The notes below the pieces were generated by a model. The model was not told the origin of the DNA. It worked only from the letters and a program-made list of their open reading frames with translations, and did not search any database. From NCBI GenBank assembly GCA_036172245.1, contig JAYWIR010000004.1:1550001-1614000 (forward strand): 64,000 nucleotides of DNA, in the 5' to 3' direction. The stretch is from Raillietiella orientalis (Eukaryota). The translations under genes and the position numbers were made by a program. Below are positions 25,690 to 37,123 of the stretch, piece by piece (the stretch's first letter is position 1; every line of letters begins with the position of its first letter).

Positions 25690-28500
25690 GACAGAACTAG
25701 GGAGGGAGTAGTGGGCGGAGAGACAAAGGATCAACGAGTAAATAGATGCAGGTTGCTGTCTAGAAGGCGAAACGGACTACCCCACGGTGGTGAAGGTGAC
25801 TCCCGAGGATCAGAGTAGGTCCGAAAGAAGAGAGAACATCGGGTATTGACATCGGCTTTGAACGAATCTATTCCCGGTAGTCCTGAGGCTGGTTTGTGTC
25901 TCAAGACCGAGTTTGGGCCATTGCTCGTCACCTCGCACGATGGCCACGGCGACTGTGAGGAGCTCCCTGGGATGACGGGACGACGGCTACCCCGTTCTTC
26001 CTCGCGCGCTGACGACGGACAACTAACATGTCCAAAGAGAAGAACTCCCGAGATGGAGGGTCCTGGAAGCCATCGTTGAGATGTTGGGTGCTCCAGCGAA
26101 GCGCATTTATACTCGCTACAGCGTCCGGAGCTTTGTAGAGGTGCATGCGCGGGAGGTAGCCCAGGATTCCGTAGTGCTTGAGGAACTTTCCCGCAGGGAC
26201 GCGTTCATGGCGTTTCAAGGATCTAGAGAAGAGAGCACCCTCTCCCTGTGATGGCATAGACTTTGCTGCAGTCGGGCCGCGCGCACGCACAGGCCCTCAG
26301 GGTGGAAGAGAAGGAAGAAGGACATTCCCTGCCGGGAACTGCCGAAGGGAGTGAGTCCTGCGATTCCCACGCTCTGAAAGACGCCACGCGAATTCGAAAA
26401 TCCCGGAAAGAGGGCTTCTGTCTCGTTCTCTGGGTCGGGAAAGGATAAGACGGTCTGCCTGCAGGTCTCTTCTCTTCCTCCCTCCTCGGTCTGTTACCCC
26501 TCCACCAACCTTCTCGACGAGAAGGGTCCAGAATGCTGCTCCTCGGAATGCCACCTCCTCTTCCTACAGGCTGCTGCGTTGCATGGTGACCAGGAGAAAC
26601 GGAAAACAAGCGGGGCCTTTCGAGTCGAGGCGATGGTGATGGCGAGCTCTGCTAGCTGGTCACTCAGGGAGAGAAAGGTAAGCAAAAGAAGAAAAATCTG
26701 AAGAATCGATAGCGGTCAGCTTCGGCTGGTGAGGAACTGACCTCTTCCTGCCCCCTCCCTCCGATTCGCACGCACTTGCGAAATTATGCAAGGAGGGGAG
26801 AAGTTGATGCCCAAAGAGTGTTACGAAGTTGCAAAAGGAAGATGCTTTAGTCTCCGGAGGTGCTAGAAGAAGAAGGGGAAAAACAATGCTTGTGGACTTC
26901 GTGCTGGGATTTTTCGAGGAAGAAGGACCCCAGGACCAGCACCTGCTGCGCAGATTTCCCCTGCTACTGAAGAAGGTTTTGGACTCATCTGATGACTCGA
27001 AATTACTCACCTGAGAAGATCCGTCTCTCCGGGATTTGCCTCTGGTTATTGCAGGATGTTGGAGTAGAAAGGAAGACGCTGCCTTTCTGCTTGACGAAAG
27101 ACCCGTGGCAGAATATCGGAGAGCACCCACAGCAGCTTTCTCATCGCGCTATTCTGAGAGCAGGTTCTCATCTGGACCATTCTCAGAGATCCCCATCGCC
27201 TTGGCTCCCTTTTCTCCGATCCCACGAGGATGCACCTCTGTGGTCTTGAGCTGCTAATCATTTCTCCGAGGTTCACCAGCCGCCGTCGCCGTCTCTTAGA
27301 GTTGGGCGCGTAGAGAGGGTTCTTCCGATCCCTCCAGATCAGTCGACTGTTCCATCTTCTCGGGGATTTGACGCGCGCATGATCCAGGCGCAGTCCGAAA
27401 GAAGGATGAAGAAGAGGGACGAGAAAGACTTCAAAACCTTTCAACGTGACGAAAGGGCGAGGGGAGGTTCCCGTTGTTGGGGGAAAGTGGGGAGCGTGAG
27501 CAGCACGTCCCTGTGCGGGTTTGTGGAACGCGAAGAAGGAAAGGAGGGAGCGAGCCTCGTCCTCGTTTTCGAAGAACACGCAAAGAAGGACGGCAGGTCG
27601 GGATAGGGGCAACGCGGTCTGGAAAGGGGGGAGGGGGAGGGAAGGAAAAATATGGGGGGAATCCCTGGATGCATGAGGAAGGAGGTGGAGGATCTGTCGA
27701 CGGGAAGTGCGGTTTCCGCAGAGGTTTGAGGAAGGCGGAAGGGAGGAGCCGGCGCACCATCTCTCAGAGCTCACGCGAGCCGTTGCCGGCTTTACAGCAG
27801 ACTCCAGGCAGGAATTCCTTTATCCTGCCTGCTTTTTCGGTAGCTCAGTGCAGGTCCTTCTCCTTACTCTCCTTCTTCCCTTCCACGTATGTAACTTCTT
27901 GTCCCCCACTCCCCAGGGGGAGGAGAGCCTGCCCATGAAATCGACGAACCCTCTCGGACGTGGAAGAAAGGAGGCACGCTCGCATCTGAGAAACAGATAC
28001 TTCATGGAGAGAGTGATGCTGATGGCTTTTGAGAGAAAAAAGGGCGACCGCCGGGAGGCTTTCGAATGATGAGACTTCCAGGAGGGGCACTTGCCACCCG
28101 GAGTCCGTTCTTGAGTGCATCACTGGCGATTGGGCAAGAATGCTTGAAGGTGTCGTTGCCTCGGAGAAGGTCAGTTCTCTTCCTGTCGTGGAGCGAAAGG
28201 GATGCTGTCTCTAACCGTGTCTTATGCGGCTCCACCAGAGAAACTCGAGGGAATATGGGAAAGGGAAATTTCAACGTGCTTCATGGAGCTTTCGGTCCAC
28301 CTGCAGCAGATTTTCTCAGATATTCACAGAGGCTGTCTCTTCCTTTGAACAAGCGCCCTTCGCTTGATCGCGCAACCTCCTCTGCCCTCGAGAGACAGGA
28401 CGTCACCCACGCGAGCGCGCTCGTGGTGATAGTGGTCGAAAAGACGTCTTTGTGAAGCGCGGAGGAGCGTAGCCGGAAGGCCGTTCGGTTACGCAGCAGC
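25690..28500 (-). mobile_element. Degraded L1/Tx1-like LINE 5' regions: ORF1-like and AP-endonuclease remnants (probably two nested or tandem copies)
   Basis: ORF1-like VEISLSHIP and LKNGLRV...PGSLII (about 28070-28280). Endonuclease motifs LYAPN...CILVG (about 27225-27315) and VASINA...LDMLVV...NGVAVV...PTLILG (about 25800-26120). Confidence 0.6.
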
Positions 28501-29364
28501 TCGGTTGACGAAGGGGTGGCTCCACTGACTGTCTTTGTCCTGAAACTTCCCATTTTTGGGGACAGACGCACGCTCCAAAAAGAGGGGAGGAAGGGAGCAT
28601 CGAGGGGAGACTGACGAGTTAGAAGGGATGGGACAATGGAGGAAGAGGAGAAAGAGGATAAGCAGAAAGAGGAGAAAGAAGATGTTGGTGGTAAGGAAAA
28701 GGAGGAGAAAAAGATGCGGCAATCGTGAAAGGCAGCAGCCGCAGCAGCAGCTGGGACAGAGCTAAACCCTCCTGCAGCTCCCTTCTCTTCCTTCCCGGTC
28801 CCTTCCGAACCAGAACTGCTTGGTTCTTCTCTTCCTCTCGGCCACCCATCGGTGCCGAGTAGTCCCTTGTGGAGCTCACGGTCCAGCTGCGTGTTTTCTT
28901 TGGGAGAGTGAGGGAGTCCTCTAGGAGTGCTACCCGTCGACGCCGCCCCCTGTCTCCTCAGCGCCTGCGCACTGCGGCCGGCAGCTTTCCCACTGCACGG
29001 ATCCGCGACTTCCCCAAAGAACGCGCTATGCCGGGCGGACCTGCCGATTGATCGGGCTGGATCGGACGAAGAGGCGAGAACAGTGGGGGAGAGCGCGCGA
29101 GGTTCTCGGTGGGGACGAGGAAGCGGAAGCCCTCAGGTGCGAGACGACGCGGAAGAGCCGGCATCGACGGCTGAAGAGCCCTGAAGGCGCGCGGATCCAA
29201 CCGCCGCCTTCCCTTCCAGCCTCCTGTGTGTTTGCCGACCCTCCCCGCAACCCTTTCCTCCATTAGGAGGTCGTGGCCCTTCCTTCCCGCCTGCTGGTGA
29301 GCCCTTGAGTAGCCCCTTCCCCCCCGTTTCCTTCACGCACTGTCCTCCCTTTCTCCCATGCGGC

Positions 29365-29706
29365 ATGGTCAACTCCAGTGACTCGAACTGCTCCAACGAC
29401 TACTGTCTGTCGGACGACGACTACCTCGGGATGATACAGGATTACGTGTTCCCGCAGCATCACGAATGGGCACTGATCTTCTTCCACGTACTGGTGATGC
29501 TCGTCGGACTGTTCGGCAACGGGCTGGTGTACCTCGCGGTGTATCGCAACCACTATATGCAGACGGTCACCAACTTCTTCATCGTCAACCTGGCCGTGGG
29601 GGACATCCTTGTCTTTCTGCTCTGCCTACCGGCCACTGTCATCTGGGACGTCACAGAGACTTGGTTCCTGGGGACCGTCTTCTGCAAACTCGTCCTCTTC
29701 TTCCAG
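29365..29706 (+). CDS. Allatotropin/orexin-type neuropeptide GPCR, first identified coding exon (N-terminus, TM1-TM3 start)
   Basis: ATG in ggcATGg context. Translates MVNSSDSNCSNDYCLSDDDYLGMIQDYVFPQHHEWALIFFHVLVMLVGLFGNGLVYLAVYRNHYMQTVTNFFIVNLAVGDILVFLLCLPATVIWDVTETWFLGTVFCKLVLFFQ. Shows TM1 GN, TM2 LAxxD, ECL1 WFxGxxxCK and the CxNDYC N-terminal motif of arthropod allatotropin receptors. Ends at donor CAG|gtaaac (phase 0). Confidence 0.93.
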
Positions 29707-29779
29707 GTAAACTCCTTCCTCTCCTCCTTCTTTCGAATCTCCCGCCCAAGCGCGAAGGCCGAAGGGGAGGGGTCGTAGG

Positions 29780-31260
29780 GCGCGAAGAATCAAGAGCTTT
29801 CTCTCATCCTCTACCGTGGAGAAGGATGTCGTACTCCATGGGCAGAGTAAGGGTTGAAGGAGGTCTCATGCTGGATCAGAGAGACCATCAAGGGGACGAT
29901 GGACCGATCTCTTCGTTTGCTGCGACGGCGTCGCTTGACCGGGAGGGGTGCGCGACCTCTGGAACAAGTGCCACGAGAGTGCCCGTCGCCGTATACCGAG
30001 AATGCTTCCCGTAGTCGCGCATCGGGCTAGAGTGGGGTGGCAGAGGAGGGCTCCTGTGGGAGTCCGTCGAGAGATCCCTGGTGGAGAGACTGTTCCTCGT
30101 GTGAACACAAGGAAACCGGAGGTGCTGTCCTCCTCCAGATCCAGTGTCTCGTACCCTGCCTCCGGGAAAGGCATCCCCGCGTTCGGTGGGAAGAGAGTCT
30201 CCCAAGGAGCTCTCGAGCTAAGGTTCAGAATGTTGTCCCTTTCCCCCAATGGTCCTAGTGGGAAGAGAAGGTGGAGGCTGACCACCTGGCTTGCGATCTT
30301 CCCGTCCCTAAGCGGCGAATCCCGCGTCGCTCCGCTCTGTATCCCAAGGGGAACCGGAATCCTCATTGGAAAGCAGCTCTCGGTTCTGCCCGCGGTTCCC
30401 TTGAGGTGCGTGCGAGGAGACCGTAACGCCACCACTCGGAGATCCCTCCGGCAAGCCGAGGAATGCTCCAGGGATGGAGGGCGTTTCCACGCGCCGTCGG
30501 TCCACCCACAGTGGAAGTACCTGCTCCACCCCCCCGTTCTCGATCAGCACGGACCGACCCCTTGTGGAGATTTAGGGGTTTCTCTCACCAAGCTGACTGC
30601 CATTCTCGGCTAGAATGCTCCGTGGGTGCTCCTCTTCCTTGCTGGGAGGGGTTCCCCAAACTGGAAAGACCAGCGGGAAAATATGCCTCCAAAGGTGGCT
30701 ACTTCGCGACTGTCAGGATCGCCTCGCAACCTAAGGCAGCAGTAAAAACACGCTCATGGCTCCTGAAGTCCACCCTTATGGGGAGGCCTTTACGGAGTTT
30801 GATGGCCTTTATGAGACGCTTCTTGCGAGTCAGGGGGGACTCTCAAGCTCGACGACGAGTGGATCTTATCTGGGAACTGCCGGCGTTCCCAGGGCCCAGC
30901 TGTGGCTTTCTTCCAGCTCTAACCTCATCCCGGAAGGTGTCCCCTCAATAGAGGGAAGTTTCAGGAGAGTCCCTGCAATGATTCGTGGTCGGAGGAGGGA
31001 AGAGATTGGAGTGCGGAGGAAAGAAAGAAGCGCATTCCGTGTACTTGCGAGGAGGTATCCGAACAACCAGCATCCGTAGGTAGGCGTGGTGTCCGCGATC
31101 CCGGAAAGTCCTAGGTATCCTGCTCCCCCTTTGCCTGACCGGCGCCGCATTCTGCACTGAGATGCTGCCTTTTTTTTCTCTTTTCTGTAGGAAAATCCCT
31201 GCTGTCCTTTCCTCCTTACCTCTCTCCTGATTCACCCATCGCCCTCCTTCTCTTCCCATT
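29780..31260 (+). mobile_element. 5'-truncated degraded LINE ORF2 C-terminal half at the start of GPCR intron 1
   Basis: RRIKSFL...SYSM...EGGLML, PHWKAAL, DPLW and DLIWEL motifs across frameshifts, followed by a pyrimidine-rich UTR-like tail. Confidence 0.6.
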
Positions 31261-31339
31261 TGATGAATGCAATCCCGCAAAAAAACGAAACGACAGCTCC
31301 ACCCAGTCAGTTGTTTTCCCCGTAAAAGGGAAAACAATC

Positions 31340-32100
31340 GGGAGATGGGGGGAGGAAGGTGGGAAGAGGAGATCCAAGCTATTGCTGATGCGAAAAATCT
31401 CCCAGTCTACCCGTTGAACGCAAGGAGATAGGGATGATTAAGTGAGACAGGAGAGGGTCACGAGGAAAGTCCCTCCCGAGGAGTCTGTATGTGGTCCCTT
31501 GCTCATAACCTTTCTCTTCTTTATTGGCGGCGAAAAAGCGTTCCTCCAGCTGCAGGGATGGGACTGGGGATCCAGAGAGGATTCTCCGAGCACCACTTCA
31601 ATAACTCCCGAGAGGCTCCTTGCTGGAAAGTAGCAGCGGTTCCCTCATTTCTAACCTTGGAGGGAGGAGGAAGGGCCTGCATTGGGTGCTTTTCAGCCAC
31701 TGCGGCTTTTCTCCGAAAGTCATCTGCGGCACCCCTTGCTTGTCTCGTGTCGAAAAGAGAGTTAAGTGCTTTTGTTTCAAGGGGAACTGGGAAGAATGGA
31801 CGGGAGGGGCGAAGAAGAGGGAGGGCAGTGATGCTAACGAGTCAGCCGGCGAAGAGGATACACAAGAGATGCGAAGAAGAATCGAACAGGCTGTCAAAAA
31901 GATCCCTATTATCCCACGGGAATGCAAAAGCTGCAATTTCTGGAAAAAGGAAAAGAAAGCAAAGAAACAGCCCAAAGCCAAGGGTCACTTGTCCTTTTTT
32001 TTGCTCCCATGCCAGGTTCTTCATCTCCTCCCAGCATCTCTCCCATCACTTTCTTTCGGTAGGAAAGGGGAGTCACCCTTCTTCAGGAAAGACGTGGGTC
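31340..32100 (+). mobile_element. Possible LINE ORF1 (gag-like) remnant
   Basis: VPSFLTLEG...ACIGCF/SHC resembles the PS.L.I.G + CCHC knuckle of L1/Tx1 ORF1, followed by a purine-rich charged stretch. Confidence 0.35.
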
Positions 32101-34054
32101 CCCAATACCGCTTGCTGCCAGGAGGAATTCGATAGCGTTTCCGCCACAACATTTGCAGACGTGGCACTTGAGGAGCTGCAGGAGAGGCAGAAATCGCTTC
32201 AGCTACGAACGTGCCTCGCAGATGCACGGCACTACCACGATCAGCTACTCGAAGAGGCGGATGCGCGACCCTTCCTCATGGGTCGCTTTCGTCACCTACG
32301 TCATCGAATTTCTTATCTAAGACAGGTTCCTGTGCTCCCGAGAAAGAAGGTAGCCGGCCTCTCAAGGTTGCGCACCTCCGTGCTCAATCCGATCTCCAAG
32401 TCCGCGGCGACAGGAGATTTGACTTTGCACGGTTCTGGAGCGGCCTGGCCTTCAAGATGAAGAGGGAAAGCGTGCATATCGGATTGCGCGCGTTCCTCTT
32501 TCCAGCCTCCTAGCTTCTGCTTTCTGGTCAGATAGCAGACCTGTCCGCGCTGCGCTCTCCTTTCCGCTTTAAGGAACGATGAAGGTGGTTGCGTCCTCTC
32601 GCCTTTTCTCCAGTCACCAGAGTTGCATGCCATCAGCCGTTGACATCCACAGTGTACTGTGAAGAAGCGAATCCACGAGAGAATTTATTGTCGTTTGAAA
32701 TGAGCAAACTCCCGCGTCCACTGAGGGGACCACATGCTGGTGGTTGAATCAGAGCACAAAGTGGTTGTTCTAAGGGATGCTGATCTTCATTGCTGTATGA
32801 TGATCATCTTGTGACAAGGTTCAGTACATCCTACATCCACTTCCTGATCCCATATCTAGTCTCTGACCCTAAATGTATTCCCTAATCCTATTATTTCCTG
32901 ATATCGAATTTATTGCGCTCCCACTGATGAACTGCTCCTTTCTGACAGAAGGGTAGAACTGCGTATGTTGAAGCGCTTTTCCTCTGCATGTTTGCAGAGG
33001 CCACTTTCAGCAAACGAGCTGCGGTAGCAGGATACCTGGAAAGACAGGGAGCTTCGTGTTTGGAGAACCGAAGGTCACCAAGATTTTATCGTGAACGGTC
33101 GTAACTACATCTTGTCCCTCGTGGAATGAGGCCTGATATGCAAAAACCACAGAACCACTATGAAACTTGGACACATGTTGCCTTGACGACTCATGAAAGA
33201 GAAATCCTCTCCGAGGAATGTAGCGTGGGAAGGTCCAAAGGTGGAGCTGTTCCATCTTCAAGTTCGATCCCGTGTTTCAGAGTTTTCAGTTAGGGCTTTC
33301 GAATCCCTTTGCAGAGTTTTCTTGATGCTTCGACCGCGAAGACAGGAGACAGGCGCACTGAACGGACTCTACCTCGGGGTCCACCTCGTGATATCGGTGC
33401 GATTTCTATCTCTCTAACAATCTGTCCTTCCGTTTCTACCTTTGCCGAGTGACCAGCCTCATTGAAACGAGTCGCGAGTGTCTTGAAACAAGGACGACTG
33501 GTTCCCAAGATACTCTCGAAACCATGTCTGAGTGTTAGCTCCCTACGACAGCCCCATTCAGTGTTCCGGGAGAGGAAAAGAGCGACCGAGGGACCCGTCA
33601 TTAGAAACCAATCCGGTCCTCAAAAGGGAATCTCGGAATTTCTTGCTTTCCTCAGATTATCTCTTGTGACCATAGGTAAGTGGTGCTCTGTCCGTATGTT
33701 TCCATGATTCATTCGGAAAGGAACTTGATAGATAGTTCTCAAAAACTGTCTTAAGTACCGATCTGCAGTCAGTATGGGTTCCTATTGACACACAAAGGGT
33801 GCTAATGACTATGTCAACTACCAATACAAAGTGAGCGACTTAAAACCGGTCCGTCTCCACCTCGCTGCGTTACGTCGTCAAGCCATATCGAGGCGGCCAG
33901 CATCAAGTGCTTCGCCTTGCATTAATGGAAAGCCATATAGAAACGGCTGTGAAATCACCACAGTTGTAGAATTTCTTATTTACATTTGGGAGCAGCCATA
34001 TCCATGGAATCATGATGGAAACAAATGTTGGTCATGGAGATGCAGAACAAGAGG

Positions 34055-37000
34055 TGAAGATTCAGAAATCCTCGACTGGGTGATTGCCTTTGTCTTCATC
34101 ATCTTATTCATGAACATTTGTGCAAATGAGCATCTTTGGACGCATGGAAGCGAAGGGTCAGTCAGCTAAAATCAATTCCAAAAAGGTTCTCTCTTAAAGT
34201 CGTTCTTTAGGACAGAGCAAGATGGCAAAAACAGAAAGTACTAAAGTGGTTTCTTGCTTCTTTTCTCAAACTTACGCATTGCACCCTTCTGTTACGCAGG
34301 AAGCTCAGGCTGGAGGCGGGCCGCTTCTAAGGAGCTCACCCTCTAGCAACAGATGTATACTCAATGAGTGTTTTCTGTCACATGGCTGCAGAGAAAGTTG
34401 CAATTCCTGCTTATCCTCTTTAGAAGAGGGATGAGAAGAAGCAACTCAAAAAGCGGAAAGAATGATGGAGAGGACGCAAAATTCGTGGGTGGCGCTTACA
34501 AATGTGTGAGATGAAAAAAAACACACCAGCGACATTCGGCGAAGCATCCGAAGTTTCAAGATGGAAACTGGGGCTCGCGACGCCCACCAACAAATCACCT
34601 TGCCACTCTAAGCAAAGTAGCGTTCAAGGAAGGTGTTTCATCTGAATCATGTCCATCTTCATCTCTACCTGGAAACCTTGTGCGGCAGATAGGCACTGCT
34701 TTCTGCGCGGACCTACAAAGTGGGAGTTCATGACCCAACTTTGACGATCTTTCCCAGAAGGAAAATTCCAAACTTGTCGTTCCCCCCGGTCTGCCTTTCG
34801 TGAGAGACGAAGCGGGAGAGAGGCAAGGAACCATCACTTCGACCAGTAGGTTTTCTAGTTGTCACGAGCATCTAAAATAAAGAAAAAAAAGAAATAGAGG
34901 AATTTCCGAAAGGAGTCCCACTGCTGCGTCTATTAGTCATGGCTTGTGCGCTTGGCTCCGAACTTGGTCTGCTTTCATGTAATTCCAGGAGAAAGGATGA
35001 TCAAGGCTTGTCGTACTCGAACACGCAAGGGGTTGGGTTACCAAAACGAGCCTCTGAAGACCGCTGTTGGTCGACACAGCTTCGAGCTATGGGCGCAAAA
35101 ACGTTCTCAGACGATTTGAAAAATCCCAATGTTGAAAAATCTTCAGAATTACTCTCAGAGGTGGAATTCGACTGTCCTTCCACTGAAGAACCCGTTCTTT
35201 CTCAACCGGGTTGTGCACGAATTCTTGCGGTCGGAGAACTGAGCCCGGCTGAAACCATGGCAACCGAACAGTAGGGGCTCGCAAGAGCGCTTGCGCGCAG
35301 GAATTGGTGAAAGGGTTCTCCGGACTTTCAAGAATTACCGCGTGCTTCGAATTTTGTGGAAGGCAGGAGAATTTTACAAGACATTCTCCTGCCTTTCACA
35401 AAATTTCCAAGGAACAGATCTTGAGCCTCTGAGCTAAAGAGGGCTGACGGTTTTTTAGAAATTCTAGAAATCCATGGAAACCAGAAACATCTATGAGCCA
35501 TATGCAAATGTTTACAAGACACTAAAAGGAATCTTATTTAAGTAACACTAAAATATTCTCAAGAAATTATATTTACTCCCTCCACCATTAATTGATATAT
35601 TCATTTAAACGCAATATATTATGGATCATTAATAAATTATTATTATACTAAACATTTGGGGTTTTGTATAAATCAAAGCATACTTCTACTCACTCTTAAG
35701 ATTATGTTATAAATGTTATATTAAAAATCAGGTGTAAATTTAATATGAACCTATAATAAATTGAAGTACTTATATATATGCATGCATGTAACATGATAAT
35801 ATTAGTATTTAATTTTCTATTGATTTAAAATATATTTATTATTAATTTTAATGCATCCGAAATCACCGAGATGTACAGAGAGGAATTGTTGCTCCCGGAT
35901 AAAGTTCCGAAAGCATAGTCTTCTCACTTGATTTTCTCGAGGCTCGCCAAATTCGTTGGGGGAGGAAGCCCAAACAGAGCTTACTTGGATTCTGGGGGCG
36001 TTGGCCGCTTCCTCAACGGCATCTGCAATTAATTGATTTGTCAGGTTTCATGGTAATCGGAGCGCTCACTATGAATCCAAGCTACCATGAGTCGCGCAAA
36101 GCTTTCCAAGAAACAGATCTTGAGCTCCTGCGCTAAAGATTTCCAGAAATTCTAGAAATCCATGGAAACCAGAAACATTCATCAGCCAGATCGCGTTTTC
36201 CAAACAGGAGATTTAAGAGAAGCCAACAGGATCAGTGTTTTTTTAGCATCCGCAAAAATGTGATGATAGATGCTGCAGACATCGAAGACTAAAAACGATG
36301 CAAGGACACCTGAAGATGAGAGGCACGAGAGAAAACAGAGGCTGGAAAACATGCTTTTTTTTTTTTTTTTTTTCCCCTTGGCTGCGTGCTTTCGCGCTGC
36401 TTTCATCTCGTCCCATGTTGGAAAAAATTCCTTGTAGGATATTCGGAATTGTATGTGACTGCTAAAACGCTCAAGAAGTTAAAGAGGTCCTCCTAAAATC
36501 TTGTGAAGATTCGCCGAAGAGCATGCTCGACCCTCATCCAAAGGATTTTCGTCTTCGGTTACCAGATGTCGCTCACCTATCAAGGTCATCAAAACGGATT
36601 CCCTAGCAACCCTGTGTTAACCACTTCCCACACAAAGCCTCAGGGATGACTATAGAGCGACTCTAGAAATGCTTGATGACTGTCTGCGTTTAAACATGAA
36701 AATTAGTCTTGTCGTGATATTTCAATCATCGGAATAGTCTGTTGGTATGAGCATATGTATTTGGAGGTGTACAGTGATCACGGATGATGCTCCAGAGAGC
36801 ACAGATTCAGTCCCGAACTCTGAATTTTGAGCGTGAGGTTTGAGAATATTCAATGCCCGGATTTTTTTTCTCACAATTTCAAGACCTTCTCCAAGTCTTC
36901 CATCAAACGGGATCGCCCAGGAACTTGTCAGCAGATTGCGTCTATGTCTGGGTTCGAAGGATCCTGGCAGTCATATTCTCAATTCTGGTTCTTCAATTAA

Positions 37001-37123
37001 ACACCTAAAATGAGCCATAGTTTTCTCATTAAAAGTTCTCTGAAGATTCAGAAATTCTCAACTGGGCTGTTGCCTTTGTCTTCATCTTCTTATGAATGAA
37101 CATCCACGCAAATAAGCATCTTT
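34055..37123. repeat. Diverged 83-bp direct repeat (34055-34137 / 37041-37123)
   Basis: tgaagattcagaaat.ctc.actggg...ttgcctttgtcttcatc.tctta...atgaacat....gcaaat.agcatcttt is present at both sites. Confidence 0.8.
35404..36188. repeat. Direct repeat of about 90 bp (35404-35500 / 36103-36188) bracketing an AT-rich island
   Basis: Shared tttccaag.aacagatcttgagc...gctaaaga...agaaattctagaaatccatggaaaccagaaacat. Confidence 0.85.

Noticed and set aside
31489..32460. Longest ORF in the track (323 aa) as a protein-coding gene
   Set aside because: It looks like a composite of a LINE ORF1-like remnant and unrelated sequence, with no coherent domain.
35520..35850. AT-rich island as a second NUMT (rRNA or control region) or a bacterial insert
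   Set aside because: No recognisable conserved motif or ORF.
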